Assembly (NCBI GenBank): GCA_964404825.1
Contig: CAYOLQ010000007.1
Coordinates: 2,346-66,345 of the forward strand
Source: an uncultured Chitinophaga sp.
GTDB lineage: Bacteria > Bacteroidota > Bacteroidia > Bacteroidales > GCA-2748055
Direction: 5' to 3'
DNA: 64,000 nucleotides
Part shown: one piece after another, positions 28,313 through 37,541 of the stretch
How positions within the stretch are numbered: position 1 is the stretch's first letter
How the letters are laid out: every line of letters begins with the position of its first letter
Translations under genes and position numbers: made by a program
Notes under the pieces: generated by a model
The model's input: the letters and a program-made list of their open reading frames with translations, nothing else
What the model was told of the DNA's origin: nothing
Databases searched by the model: none

Positions 28313-29263
28313 ATGAAAATCTGGAACGAAATAGATGATTTTAGTGTCAGTAATCCTGTTGTTACCATTGGAATATTTGATGGAGTGCATCAGGGTCATC
28401 GGTTTCTGCTGGACCAGCTGAAGCAAACTGCAAATAAAATTTCAGGTGAAACTGTAGTAGTTAGCTTATGGCCTCATCCGCGGCTGGTACTAAATAAAGA
28501 TCCCGAAAACCTCAGATACCTTTCCAGTCTTGAAGAGAAATCTTATCTGATGAATCAAGCTGGTATTGACCATTTTGTTGTTCTTCCCTTTACTGAAGAA
28601 TTTGCTGAAATCGAATCGTGTCCTTTTGTAAAGGAATATCTGGTAAACAAAATTGGGATTAAGAAACTTATTGTCGGGTTTAATCATAAGTTTGGAAAGA
28701 ACCGGGAGGGGGACTTTGAAAACCTTAAACTTTGTGCTTCGCTCTATAATTTTGAGATTGAAAGGATGGAGTCTAAAAGTATTGAAGGGGTTAAGCTGAG
28801 TTCCTCGTTGATCCGCGAACTTCTTAACTCAGGAAACCTTCAACTGGCTAACGATTATCTTGGTTATGATTATTTTCTAAGGGGAAGAGTTGTTGGAGGA
28901 AACCGGATAGGGCGAAAAATTGGATTCCCAACTGCTAATATTGTTCCCGATGATCCCCACAAATTAATTCCCCGGGACGGGGTTTATGCTGTTCATCTTG
29001 ATCTCAACGGATACCTTTATCCCGGGATGCTCAATATCGGGTTTCGTCCAACTATTGAAAGCGGAATGCCTATTAAAACTGTTGAGGTAAATCTCTTCGA
29101 TTTTAAAGATGACATCTATGGACAAGAAGTATACCTTCATTTCAGAAATCGAATCCGCGATGAAAAAAAGTTTTCAGGAATTGAACAACTCAGGGAACAA
29201 TTGGTTTTAGACAGGGAGATGGCAAAGGAATTACTTGGTGACAAGCGGTTCGGCATACAATAG
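28313..29263 (+). CDS. ribF: Bifunctional riboflavin kinase / FMN adenylyltransferase
   Basis: 316 aa. [13 protein letters not shown] is the nucleotidyltransferase motif. The C-terminal riboflavin kinase region includes [21 protein letters not shown] and VEVNLFDF. Confidence 0.9.
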   Translation: MKIWNEIDDFSVSNPVVTIGIFDGVHQGHRFLLDQLKQTANKISGETVVVSLWPHPRLVLNKDPENLRYLSSLEEKSYLMNQAGIDHFVVLPFTEEFAEIESCPFVKEYLVNKIGIKKLIVGFNHKFGKNREGDFENLKLCASLYNFEIERMESKSIEGVKLSSSLIRELLNSGNLQLANDYLGYDYFLRGRVVGGNRIGRKIGFPTANIVPDDPHKLIPRDGVYAVHLDLNGYLYPGMLNIGFRPTIESGMPIKTVEVNLFDFKDDIYGQEVYLHFRNRIRDEKKFSGIEQLREQLVLDREMAKELLGDKRFGIQ

Positions 29264-29369
29264 ACAGAAGGTCGAAGAAGGTGCAAAAACATTGGTTTCT
29301 TCCACATTTTTTCGTTCTGTACAACTCCTGACCATAATCACCCGACTCCCATCTTACCAAAAAAATATT

Positions 29370-29377
29370 TACCTTTG
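29370..29377 (+). promoter_or_regulatory. Candidate -7 box (TACCTTTG) for ahcY
   Basis: Exact TAnnTTTG ending 13 nt before the ATG at 29391. This would imply a very short leader. Confidence 0.45.
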
Positions 29378-29390
29378 CAAAAAAAATAAA

Positions 29391-30815
29391 ATGAACACAC
29401 AAAGTACCATCGTGGAAGAGCTAAAGTATAAAGTGAGGGATATGAGTCTTGCTGACTTCGGCAGGAAAGAAATTGATATTGCAGAGAAGGAAATGCCCGG
29501 ACTTATGGCAATCCGGAATAAATACTCTGCTACAAAACCACTTAAAGGAGCAAGGATAATGGGTTCATTACATATGACCATCCAGACCGCTGTTTTAATA
29601 GAAACGCTTAAATCTCTTGGTGCTGACGTTCGTTGGGCCAGTTGTAATATTTTTTCTACCCAGGATCATGCTGCTGCAGCAATCGCCGCTGCCGGTATTC
29701 CCGTTTTTGCATGGAAAGGAGAAACCCTGGAGGAGTATTGGTGGTGTACCGCACAGGCACTTACTTTTCCCGGGGGAAAAGGACCTACTCTTATTGTTGA
29801 CGATGGGGGTGACGCCACGCTGATGATTCATAAAGGCTTTGAGGCAGAAAACGACTCCCGTGTACTCGATGTTGAACCATCCAACCATGAAGAATCAATA
29901 ATTCTATCTCAGCTTAAGGAAATTCTTGCCGAAGATAAGAACCGCTGGCATCGTGTTGTAAAGGAAATAAAAGGAGTTTCGGAAGAAACTACCACCGGTG
30001 TTCATCGGCTTTATCAGATGCAGGAGAAAGGCAGGTTGCTTTTTCCGGCTATCAATGTTAATGATTCTGTTACCAAATCAAAATTTGATAACCTTTACGG
30101 ATGTCGTGAATCTCTTGCAGATGGCATTAAGCGGGCAACCGATGTTATGATTGCCGGAAAAGTTGTTGTAGTTCTCGGATATGGAGATGTTGGAAAGGGA
30201 TGCGCACATTCAATGAAATCATATGGAGCCCGCGTTATTGTTACCGAAATAGATCCAATATGCGCTCTTCAGGCTGCAATGGAAGGTTTCGAAGTGAGTA
30301 CTATAGAAGATACACTCAAAGAAGGTAATATTTATGTTACCACTACCGGTAATAAAGATGTTATTACGCTGGAATACTTAAAGAAAATGAAGGATCAGGC
30401 TATCGTTTGTAACATTGGCCATTTTGATAACGAAATACAGGTCGATCAGCTTAATAAATTCAAGGGAGCAAAGAAGCTTAATATCAAGCCTCAGGTTGAT
30501 AAATATATTTTCGACGATGGTCATGCAATATTCCTTCTGGCTGAAGGCCGGCTGGTAAACCTTGGCTGCGCAACAGGTCATCCTTCCTTTGTGATGAGCA
30601 ATTCATTTTCAAATCAGACACTTGCCCAAATAGAGCTCTGGCAGAAACCTTATGAAATAGGTGTTTACCGACTCCCTAAGCAGCTGGATGAAGAAGTTGC
30701 AAGACTGCACCTCGAACAGATAGGTGTGAAACTCACTAAACTTACAAAGGATCAATCTGATTATCTCGGCGTTCCGGTTGAGGGGCCATATAAACCGGAT
30801 CATTACAGGTATTAA
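29391..30815 (+). CDS. ahcY: Adenosylhomocysteinase
   Basis: It starts [39 protein letters not shown]. It also has [16 protein letters not shown], the NAD-binding [10 protein letters not shown] and GHFDNEI. The tracked ORF start at 29235 is a stop-free upstream extension that overlaps ribF. Confidence 0.92.
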   Translation: MNTQSTIVEELKYKVRDMSLADFGRKEIDIAEKEMPGLMAIRNKYSATKPLKGARIMGSLHMTIQTAVLIETLKSLGADVRWASCNIFSTQDHAAAAIAAAGIPVFAWKGETLEEYWWCTAQALTFPGGKGPTLIVDDGGDATLMIHKGFEAENDSRVLDVEPSNHEESIILSQLKEILAEDKNRWHRVVKEIKGVSEETTTGVHRLYQMQEKGRLLFPAINVNDSVTKSKFDNLYGCRESLADGIKRATDVMIAGKVVVVLGYGDVGKGCAHSMKSYGARVIVTEIDPICALQAAMEGFEVSTIEDTLKEGNIYVTTTGNKDVITLEYLKKMKDQAIVCNIGHFDNEIQVDQLNKFKGAKKLNIKPQVDKYIFDDGHAIFLLAEGRLVNLGCATGHPSFVMSNSFSNQTLAQIELWQKPYEIGVYRLPKQLDEEVARLHLEQIGVKLTKLTKDQSDYLGVPVEGPYKPDHYRY

Positions 30816-31261
30816 TTTTGTACCCTTAGAATTTCGCCATCTCTGTATGACAGGTATTGTACTAATGGATATTTAGCCGGACTTTTAAAAACATTACCGT
30901 CGGAACTCAGTAAAAAACTGGAGGAACAACAAGGACATACCATCAGCTCGGGGAAGGATTCCCCGGGTTCAACATAGCAGCCATCATAATAATCGTGTGT
31001 ACAGGCTGCATCGAAAACAAAATAATGATACTCGAAATCCTGATATACAATCAATCCCCCTACACCACCGTACGGATTCTTAGGCAGAAGTTTCAGTCCA
31101 CCTGGTGCAAGGCCGCCAAGGTCGCTGTTAATTCCTAAATTGAGGTTAATGCTCACATAGGGAAACCTGAAAGCATCTTTTCTGCATGCCGGGTACGAAA
31201 AAAGTATCAGAATCGAAACAACAAAGATTTTTATTTTCAAAAGTTTTAACATACTTTGCAT
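30812..31261 (-). CDS. Small lipoprotein with Rieske-like fold and atypical CxH...CxCC ligand pattern
   Basis: 149 aa with a lipobox-like signal ([10 protein letters not shown]). [27 protein letters not shown]...[42 protein letters not shown] matches the Rieske layout by eye, with CPCC in place of CPxH. Confidence 0.55.
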   Translation of the reverse strand: MQSMLKLLKIKIFVVSILILFSYPACRKDAFRFPYVSINLNLGINSDLGGLAPGGLKLLPKNPYGGVGGLIVYQDFEYHYFVFDAACTHDYYDGCYVEPGESFPELMVCPCCSSSFLLSSDGNVFKSPAKYPLVQYLSYRDGEILRVQN

Positions 31262-31278
31262 GAATTCAGAAACGTAGT

Positions 31279-31286
31279 CAAAGTTA
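31279..31286 (-). promoter_or_regulatory. Candidate -7 box (TAACTTTG on minus strand) for the Rieske-like lipoprotein gene
   Basis: The plus strand reads caaagtta, 17 nt upstream of the ATG at 31261. Confidence 0.4.
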
Positions 31287-31342
31287 ATTATATTTTTTTC
31301 TTAACTTTAACGGACAATTAGTTTACATTATTGCAGGAATAA

Positions 31343-31909
31343 ATGAAAGCTGACTTCGATATCGGAAATCTGTTATACGTGGCTCTTACCATCGTATTCC
31401 TTATTATTGGGGCCATGGGTAAAAAGAAAAAACCTGTTCAGCGTCAAACAGAAGAATCCCCTGAAAGCACTCCGGTTTCTGAAGATATAAAATCACAGTT
31501 TCAGGAATTATTCAGGGAGTTTAATCCTGTTCCACAGGATTATAAGGAAGAAGAATATTCGTTTACACCAACTGAAAGCATAGAAGACGGTCCAGTTCTT
31601 GATGTTGTTCCTGATGAAAGAATAGAGTCTGTTGAGTATCCTGCATATCAGGAATATGTACCGCCTCTTGACAGTAATATTAATTATAATGATCAGGCTC
31701 AGAGTTCTCTGGATACAACCGGCATGGATGAAGGAACACCTGCATTTAATTACCAGAAGGACGAAGGATCATTGATCTACAATGATCTCACAAAGGAGTA
31801 CACTTCAGTTCTTTCAGACGAAGAAGAGGAACTGGCAGGTATTGTTGATAATTTTAATCCAAAATCTGCATTTGTTTATTCAGAAATATTTAACCGTAAA
31901 GAATTCTAA
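31343..31909 (+). CDS. Hypothetical membrane-anchored acidic protein
   Basis: 188 aa. It has one N-terminal TM helix (LLYVALTIVFLIIGAM) followed by KKKKP, then an acidic, low-complexity, probably disordered region. No recognisable motif. Confidence 0.5.
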   Translation: MKADFDIGNLLYVALTIVFLIIGAMGKKKKPVQRQTEESPESTPVSEDIKSQFQELFREFNPVPQDYKEEEYSFTPTESIEDGPVLDVVPDERIESVEYPAYQEYVPPLDSNINYNDQAQSSLDTTGMDEGTPAFNYQKDEGSLIYNDLTKEYTSVLSDEEEELAGIVDNFNPKSAFVYSEIFNRKEF

Positions 31910-31969
31910 CATAAATCCTTAGTATCTTTTAAAGCATATCAGGATTATTTTAAATCAGAAAAAAAGTTA

Positions 31970-31977
31970 TAATTTTG
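31970..31977 (+). promoter_or_regulatory. Candidate -7 box (TAATTTTG) upstream of greA
   Basis: Exact TAnnTTTG, 65 nt upstream of the greA ATG and immediately before the hairpin at 31985. Confidence 0.35.
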
Positions 31978-31984
31978 CATCAAA

Positions 31985-32015
31985 GAGTTCAGGCTGCCTG
32001 AATTCTTTTTCTTTT
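31985..32015 (+). terminator. Intrinsic-terminator-like hairpin plus U-tract between the hypothetical gene and greA
   Basis: gagttcagg (31985-31993) pairs with cctgaattc (31997-32005). The stem is 9 bp including one G-U, with loop ctg, followed by tttttctttt. It lies 76 nt after the upstream stop and 27 nt before the greA ATG. Confidence 0.65.
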
Positions 32016-32041
32016 ATACTTATCCAAACAGGGAGGTTACA

Positions 32042-32515
32042 ATGACAAAGGTAAATTACATGACCCAGGAGGGTTTGCTGAAACTCAGGAAAGAGCTGGA
32101 TCATCTTACAAAAGTTGAAAGACCTGCAATTTCACTTCAGATAGCTGAAGCCAGAGATAAAGGCGATTTGTCGGAAAACGCAGAATACGATGCTGCAAAA
32201 GATGCCCAGGGTATGCTTGAAATGAAAATTTCCCAGCTTGAGGAAAAACTTGCAATGGCGCGTATTATTGACGAATCGAAAATTGATACCGAAACAGTTC
32301 AGATTATGAACAGGATTAAAATCCGCAACAAATCAAATAACGCTGTTTTGCAATATATGATAGTATCCGAAACTGAGGCCGACCTCAAAGCAGGTAAACT
32401 CTCAGTTAGCACCCCTATTGCCCAGGCCTTACTAGGTAAAAAATTAGGTGATAATGTAACTGTTAAAATTCCATCCGGACAGGTTGAGTATGAGATAGTT
32501 GAGATTGCAATTTAG
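32042..32515 (+). CDS. greA: Transcription elongation factor GreA
   Basis: 157 aa: MTQEGLLKLRKELDHL...RPAISLQIAEARDKGDLSENAEYDAAKDAQGMLE and a C-terminal FKBP-like domain. It is preceded by an unusually strong GGAGG (32032-32036). Confidence 0.92.
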   Translation: MTKVNYMTQEGLLKLRKELDHLTKVERPAISLQIAEARDKGDLSENAEYDAAKDAQGMLEMKISQLEEKLAMARIIDESKIDTETVQIMNRIKIRNKSNNAVLQYMIVSETEADLKAGKLSVSTPIAQALLGKKLGDNVTVKIPSGQVEYEIVEIAI

Positions 32516-32525
32516 AATATGCACA

Positions 32526-32918
32526 ATGTCTACCATTTTCACAAAAATAGTTAATGCCGAGATCCCCTGCTATAAAATAGCCGAGGATGAGAATTATTTT
32601 GCCTTTCTGGATATCAATCCACTGGCTAAAGGTCATACACTTGTTATACCGAAAAAGGAAGTCGATTATATTTTCGATGTCGATGATCAGTTACTTGAAG
32701 GCATGATAGTTTTCGCTAAAAAAGTAGCTAAGGCAATCGAAAAAGCTGTTCCCTGCAAGAGAATCGGGATAGCTGTACTTGGACTTGAGGTGCCTCATGC
32801 ACATATCCATCTGATCCCCATTAATAAACTCGGCGATATCAACTTTGCCAACCCGAAATTAAAGTTTTCCGGTGAAGAGTTTGCTGCTACAGCTAAAGCG
32901 ATCATTTCTCAGCTTTAA
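32526..32918 (+). CDS. HIT-family (histidine triad) nucleotide hydrolase
   Basis: MSTIFTKIVNAEIPCYKIAEDENYFAFLDINP...GHTLVIPK...VPHAHIHLIP carries the HxHxHxx motif. The tracked start at 32499 overlaps greA, so the ATG at 32526 is preferred. Confidence 0.88.
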   Translation: MSTIFTKIVNAEIPCYKIAEDENYFAFLDINPLAKGHTLVIPKKEVDYIFDVDDQLLEGMIVFAKKVAKAIEKAVPCKRIGIAVLGLEVPHAHIHLIPINKLGDINFANPKLKFSGEEFAATAKAIISQL

Positions 32919-33015
32919 ATAAGTAACGATTATCAAACAGGGTATTTTTTTTACCCGGCATTCTGTGTTCTGATAAACACAGAGTACAATTGAGTGTGTG
33001 AAGTATGGTTTAAAG

Positions 33016-33570
33016 CTATTTCAACCTGTCCGGATTCTTTCTAAGAAAGTCATTCCAGCTGGTAAAACTTTTCCCGTTACCAGCTGGTTTTGCCTGAAAA
33101 AAATGACAAACAGCTGCTGCAAGTCCATCTGTTGCATCAAGTTTTACTGAGTCGGTTTTGAAATGAAGGATGCGTTCCAGAATATCCGCAACCTGCTCTT
33201 TTGAGGCACTGCCCTGACCGGTTATAGACATTTTTATTTTCCGGGGAGCGTATTCGAAAATGGGTATTTCTCTTGAAAGAGCCGCTGCAATTGCTGCTCC
33301 CTGAGCCCTTCCAAGCTTCAGCATACTCTGAACGTTTTTTCCGTAAAAAGGGGCTTCAATCGCCAGCTCATCGGGGTGATACTTGTCAATAAGTTCAATT
33401 ACATCCCTGAAAATCGTTTGTAATGTTTTGTAAGGATCTTTTTCTTTTCGCATATCAGTAATGCCCAGAGTTAAAAGAAAGGGTTCCTTACCGCGCACTT
33501 CTATAACACCATACCCCATGATATTGGTTCCGGGATCAATTCCAAGAATAATTCTTTCAGCTGACTTCAT
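33016..33570 (-). CDS. ruvC: Crossover junction endodeoxyribonuclease RuvC
   Basis: 184 aa: IILGIDPGTNIMGYGVI...DELAIEAPFYGKNVQSMLKLGRAQG...ATDGLAAAVCH. Confidence 0.9.
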   Translation of the reverse strand: MKSAERIILGIDPGTNIMGYGVIEVRGKEPFLLTLGITDMRKEKDPYKTLQTIFRDVIELIDKYHPDELAIEAPFYGKNVQSMLKLGRAQGAAIAAALSREIPIFEYAPRKIKMSITGQGSASKEQVADILERILHFKTDSVKLDATDGLAAAVCHFFQAKPAGNGKSFTSWNDFLRKNPDRLK

Positions 33571-34448
33571 TCTTTTGGTTTTAACTTTTGAAACAATATT
33601 CCGGCAACAACCAGTGCGAGTCCGATGGGAGTAGTGTAATATATTTTTTCACCGGCAATATAATGAATTAAGAACAGTGACAAAAACGGGCTGATATAAA
33701 TCAGGTTACTTATTTTATCAGTTGAAGAGCTTAGTTGCAGAGCTTTCATCCAGAAAATAAACGCAATTCCCATCTCGAAAATCCCCACATAAACTCCTGA
33801 TGCCCAGGCCTCGGGTAAAGCGGGAAGATTTTTATTCATGACAAACATGAAGATCAAAAGAAACACAAAGCCAAAAAGAAAATTCAGAAATAGTTTCACC
33901 ACCTCATCGCGTTTGTCTTTTACATTCAGAATCCAGAAAAAAGCCCATATTACAGAACTTCCAAGAGCCAATAATATTCCCGGGATTTGTTCAGGGCTGA
34001 AATTCCCTTTTCCTCCCTGGGAAGAAATGAAAAAAACACCTGAAAAGCTTATTAGAAGTCCAAAAATGCTTCGAAAACCTATCTTTTGTTTTAAAAGAGG
34101 AATAGAAATCAGAACCAGAATCACCGGCCAGATCATATTCAAAGGCTGAGCAACCTGTCCGGGTAAAATTGAATAGGCTTTAAATAGGATAAGGTAATAT
34201 GCAAAGGGATTCAGGAATCCCAGAATGGCTGAAAAGAGTAATTCCTTCGGGGTAAGACCGGCTATTGCTTTCATTTTCCCCTGAACCAGCATTACCCCTG
34301 CAAATAACAGAATGCTGACAAAGGTTGATATAAACAGCAGTTGAAAATTATCCTGATACCGCAATGCTATTTTAAAAGCAGTGGGAACCGTTCCCCAGCA
34401 CAAAATGGTTAGACCTGCAAAGAGATAGGATTTTTGCTGGTTATTCAT
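33567..34448 (-). CDS. DMT-superfamily (EamA-like) transporter
   Basis: 293 aa with about 10 predicted TM helices arranged as two EamA-like halves. It overlaps the ruvC start by 4 nt. Confidence 0.7.
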   Translation of the reverse strand: MNNQQKSYLFAGLTILCWGTVPTAFKIALRYQDNFQLLFISTFVSILLFAGVMLVQGKMKAIAGLTPKELLFSAILGFLNPFAYYLILFKAYSILPGQVAQPLNMIWPVILVLISIPLLKQKIGFRSIFGLLISFSGVFFISSQGGKGNFSPEQIPGILLALGSSVIWAFFWILNVKDKRDEVVKLFLNFLFGFVFLLIFMFVMNKNLPALPEAWASGVYVGIFEMGIAFIFWMKALQLSSSTDKISNLIYISPFLSLFLIHYIAGEKIYYTTPIGLALVVAGILFQKLKPKE

Positions 34449-34458
34449 TCAGAGTTTC

Positions 34459-35733
34459 TCAGTTTATCATATCGAAACCTGTAAAATTACGCAGAACTTC
34501 AGGAATAACAATTCCTTCTGGAGTCTGATTGTTTTCAAGAATTGCTGCAACGATGCGCGGCAAAGCCAGTGATGAACCATTTAGTGTATGTGCAAGTGTG
34601 GTTTTTTTATCAGCTTTATCTTTGAACCGGAGTTTAAGCCTGTTCGCCTGAAACGATTCGAAATTGGAAACCGAACTAACTTCGAGCCATCTGGCCTGAG
34701 CAGCTGAATACACCTCAAAATCGTAGGTAAGAGCTGATGTAAAACTCATGTCGCCTCCGCATAGCTTGATGATCCGATAGGGTAGTCCGAGTTTAATAAC
34801 AAGCCCCTCCACATGTTTTACCATTTCTTCAAGAGCCTCATAAGATTTTTCGGGATGTGAAATATATACGATTTCAACTTTGTCGAACTGGTGAACGCGG
34901 TTTAGTCCTCTGACATCTTTTCCATAAGAGCCGGCTTCTCTGCGGAAGCATGGAGTGTAAGCGGTGTTTTTGCAGGGGAGTTCGGATGCATCCAGAATTA
35001 CATCCCGGTAAATATTGGTTACAGGGACTTCAGCCGTAGGAATAAGGTAAAAATTGTCAATCTGACAATGGTACATCTGACCTTCCTTGTCTGGAAGTTG
35101 TCCTGTACCGAAACCGGAGTCTTCGTTTACCATCAGGGGAGGGAGAATCTCCCGGTATCCGGCTTTTACATTTTCATCCAGAAAAAAATTTATAAGTGCG
35201 CGCTGGAGCTTTGCTCCTTTCCCTTTGAAAACAGGAAATCCGGCACCGGTAAGCTTTGTTCCCAGGTCAAAATCGAGAAAATCGTATTTGGTTCCTAATT
35301 CCCAGTGAGGGAGTGCATTTTCAGGGAGTGTGATTTTAATATCGTTACCACGGATGAATGTGTTATCTTCAGCTGATTTTCCAACGGGAACTGATTCATG
35401 AGGGAGGTTGGGTATCTGCACCAGTAGCTCATTAAGTTTAGTACTGGCTTCATCGTATTTAAGGTTGAATTCTTTGATATTTTCTTTAAGCAGGGCTGTG
35501 CGGTCTTTTGCTTTATTAGCTTCTTCAGTTTTTCCGTTTTGAAAAAGCCTTCCGATTTCCTTTGAGAGGAGATTCATCTCAGCCTGGGCATTATCGGCAT
35601 TTTTCTGAGCTGCCCGTCGCAGATTGTCGAATTCGATTACAGAATCGACTATTGAACTGTCTTTGAAGTTTTTAACTTTTAACCGGCTGAGTACAAAATC
35701 CCTGTTTTCACGGATGAAATTAATAGTAAGCAT
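34459..35733 (-). CDS. serS: Serine--tRNA ligase
   Basis: 424 aa with an N-terminal coiled-coil arm. Class II motifs are YLIPTAEVPVTN, CFRREAGSYGKDVRGLNRVHQF and LNGSSLALPR. Confidence 0.93.
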   Translation of the reverse strand: MLTINFIRENRDFVLSRLKVKNFKDSSIVDSVIEFDNLRRAAQKNADNAQAEMNLLSKEIGRLFQNGKTEEANKAKDRTALLKENIKEFNLKYDEASTKLNELLVQIPNLPHESVPVGKSAEDNTFIRGNDIKITLPENALPHWELGTKYDFLDFDLGTKLTGAGFPVFKGKGAKLQRALINFFLDENVKAGYREILPPLMVNEDSGFGTGQLPDKEGQMYHCQIDNFYLIPTAEVPVTNIYRDVILDASELPCKNTAYTPCFRREAGSYGKDVRGLNRVHQFDKVEIVYISHPEKSYEALEEMVKHVEGLVIKLGLPYRIIKLCGGDMSFTSALTYDFEVYSAAQARWLEVSSVSNFESFQANRLKLRFKDKADKKTTLAHTLNGSSLALPRIVAAILENNQTPEGIVIPEVLRNFTGFDMIN

Positions 35734-35753
35734 ATCAGAATTTATAAAATAGA

Positions 35754-35799
35754 AAATCTCCTTAAACTGTACTCAAAGTTAACAGTTTGAAGGAGATTT
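35754..35799 (-). terminator. Rho-independent terminator of the rplU-rpmA operon
   Basis: aaatctccttaaactgt (35754-35770) pairs with acagtttgaaggagattt (35782-35799). The stem is 17 bp with one bulged G and an 11-nt loop. On the minus strand it is followed by tctattttataaa. Confidence 0.75.
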
Positions 35800-35818
35800 A
35801 GAATAAGTTTAAGTAGAA

Positions 35819-36079
35819 TTATTCAGCAGGAGGAAGAACTGAGACGAATGATTTGTTGTCTCTTCTTTTCTTAAACTGAACGATCCCGGAAATAAGTGCA
35901 AAAAGAGTATGATCTTTTCCAATTCCTACGTTTTTACCGGCCATGTGTACAGTGCCTCTCTGGCGAACGATGATGTTTCCGGCTGTAGCTACCTGACCGC
36001 CGTATAATTTAACTCCTAATCGTTTGCTTTCTGATTCGCGACCGTTGCGTGAACTTCCGGCTCCTTTTTTATGTGCCAT
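35819..36079 (-). CDS. rpmA: 50S ribosomal protein L27
   Basis: [29 protein letters not shown]...[11 protein letters not shown]. Confidence 0.95.
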   Translation of the reverse strand: MAHKKGAGSSRNGRESESKRLGVKLYGGQVATAGNIIVRQRGTVHMAGKNVGIGKDHTLFALISGIVQFKKRRDNKSFVSVLPPAE

Positions 36080-36109
36080 AGCTTATTACTTTTATTGTCT
36101 TAATCGTTA

Positions 36110-36691
36110 TTATTTTTTTGTTCCGCTTGCTTTTTTAGGAGCTGCGGGTTTTTTGGCTGCAGGTTTCTTTTCGGCAGTTTTTTTGGCTGCAGGAGCTTTT
36201 TCAGTTGCAGGTTTTTTTGCTGCGGGAGCTTTTTTCTCAGCTGCAGGTTTTGCAACAACTTTGGGCTCGGAAACTTTCTTTTCTGCTACTTTAGGTTTAG
36301 CTATTTCAGCAACCTCAGGCTTTGCAGCTTTTGCAACCACCGGTTTAGCAGCTTTTTCAGCTACTTTTGGTTTAGCACCTGTTTCAACAATTTCTTCAAT
36401 AAGGATTTGGGTCATATACTGTCTGTGACCATTTTTAACCCTGTATCCTTTTCTTCTCTTTTTCTTAAAAACGATTACTTTATCACCTTTAACATGTTCA
36501 AGGATTGTTGCAGAAACCATTGCGCCCTGAATAACCGGAGCTCCAACGCTGACGTTTTTATCATTATCGATAAGAAGAACTCTTTCGAAGTCTACCTGAT
36601 TACCAACTTCACCTTCGAGCCTGTGGACGAATATCTTCTGGTCTTTCTTAACCTTAAACTGCTGTCCTGCGATATCAACAATTGCGTACAT
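36110..36691 (-). CDS. rplU: 50S ribosomal protein L21 with ~90-aa Lys/Ala/Pro-rich C-terminal extension
   Basis: The N-terminal ~103 aa ([14 protein letters not shown]...[26 protein letters not shown]) are canonical L21. The rest is [24 protein letters not shown]...[19 protein letters not shown]. Confidence 0.92.
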   Translation of the reverse strand: MYAIVDIAGQQFKVKKDQKIFVHRLEGEVGNQVDFERVLLIDNDKNVSVGAPVIQGAMVSATILEHVKGDKVIVFKKKRRKGYRVKNGHRQYMTQILIEEIVETGAKPKVAEKAAKPVVAKAAKPEVAEIAKPKVAEKKVSEPKVVAKPAAEKKAPAAKKPATEKAPAAKKTAEKKPAAKKPAAPKKASGTKK

Positions 36692-36728
36692 TATTACGAG
36701 TTTTACTTTATTTCATGAAAATGGAGTG

Positions 36729-36736
36729 CAAAAATA
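36729..36736 (-). promoter_or_regulatory. Candidate -7 box (TATTTTTG on minus strand) for rplU-rpmA
   Basis: The plus strand reads caaaaata, 38 nt upstream of the rplU ATG (36691). Confidence 0.5.
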
Positions 36737-36878
36737 TGAAAGTTAAATGGAATAGCAAATATTTCTGGTGATTATTTTGCTGTAAAAACTAATTATTTCA
36801 TTTTAAATGAGTATGATATTGGATTTATCCCAATTATCAACTTAACCAATTTTTTAGCTTGTACTAAAACAAAAACAT

Positions 36879-36886
36879 TATATTTG
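36879..36886 (+). promoter_or_regulatory. Candidate -7 box (TATATTTG) for the nuclease-nupC-kinase-GT2-permease gene string
   Basis: Exact TAnnTTTG, 38 nt upstream of the ATG at 36924 and divergent from the rplU promoter candidate. Confidence 0.5.
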
Positions 36887-36923
36887 TTTTTCGATATTTG
36901 AAGATCAAGTTGCCTAAAACAGT

Positions 36924-37532
36924 ATGGTAAAGTTAAACGTATTAGGAATATCCTATAGTCAAACCCAGTCGGGGGCATACGCCCTGATTCTCACGGAGGA
37001 GAATGGAGAAAGACGTATCCCCATTATTGTCGGGGGGTTTGAAGCTCAGTCAATTGCAATTGAACTTGAAGGACTTAAGCCGCCCCGCCCGCTTACACAT
37101 GACCTTTTTATGAATTTCGCCAGGGTCTTCGGAATTACCATAAATGAAGTAGTCATCTATAAACTTGAGGAGGGAGTTTTTTACTCTCAGCTTCAATGTA
37201 ATAATGGCGAGGAAAACATTACCCTGGATGCTCGTACTTCAGATGCTATTGCGCTGGCTCTGCGTTTCAAATGCCCGATTTTTACAACTGAAGAAATAAT
37301 TGCAAAAGCTGGTATTGTGCTTGATTTTGAAAAGGAAAGCCCTTTAGCACCGGTAAGTCAGGAAACCGAAAAGTTCAAATCCCCGACACCTTCGCCAAGT
37401 TATCCATCCAATGAGTTTAAAGCATATTCGCTCGAAGAACTTAATGAAATTCTTGATGAGGCGATTGGCAATGAAGATTATGAAAGAGCCTCCAAAATCA
37501 GAGATGAAATTAACCTTCGAAAAAAGATATAA
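36924..37532 (+). CDS. Bifunctional nuclease (BFN/DUF151) with C-terminal UVR motif
   Basis: 202 aa: RRIPIIVGGFEAQSIAIELEG...PRPLTHDL...LDARTSDAIALALRFKCPIF. The C-terminus has EDYERASKIRDEI, a UvrB/C-like motif. Confidence 0.8.
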   Translation: MVKLNVLGISYSQTQSGAYALILTEENGERRIPIIVGGFEAQSIAIELEGLKPPRPLTHDLFMNFARVFGITINEVVIYKLEEGVFYSQLQCNNGEENITLDARTSDAIALALRFKCPIFTTEEIIAKAGIVLDFEKESPLAPVSQETEKFKSPTPSPSYPSNEFKAYSLEELNEILDEAIGNEDYERASKIRDEINLRKKI

Positions 37533-37541
37533 TTCCCATCC

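Noticed and set aside
29235-29390. N-terminal 52-aa extension of the adenosylhomocysteinase ORF overlapping ribF
   Set aside because: The conserved AhcY sequence begins at the ATG at 29391 ([15 protein letters not shown]...). A TAnnTTTG box lies inside the extension, and the extension has no homology signal.
29264-29390. Possible SAH riboswitch upstream of ahcY
   Set aside because: I looked for the GC-rich pseudoknotted SAH-element core and found only weak A/T-rich stems (gaagaa/ttcttc, acagaa/ttctgt). The spacer is short, and the putative promoter sits 14 nt from the ATG, which leaves no room for an aptamer.
32941-32982. Hairpins in the HIT/ruvC convergent spacer as terminators
   Set aside because: ctgtgtt/aacacag (7 bp) and gggta/taccc are short and neither is followed by a U-tract on either strand, so the evidence is insufficient for a call.
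36024-36428. 134-aa plus-strand ORF rich in A/G/F (AAGFFAAG...)
   Set aside because: It is the reverse-complement reading of the Lys/Ala/Pro repeat tail of rplU. It is a low-complexity shadow and not a gene.
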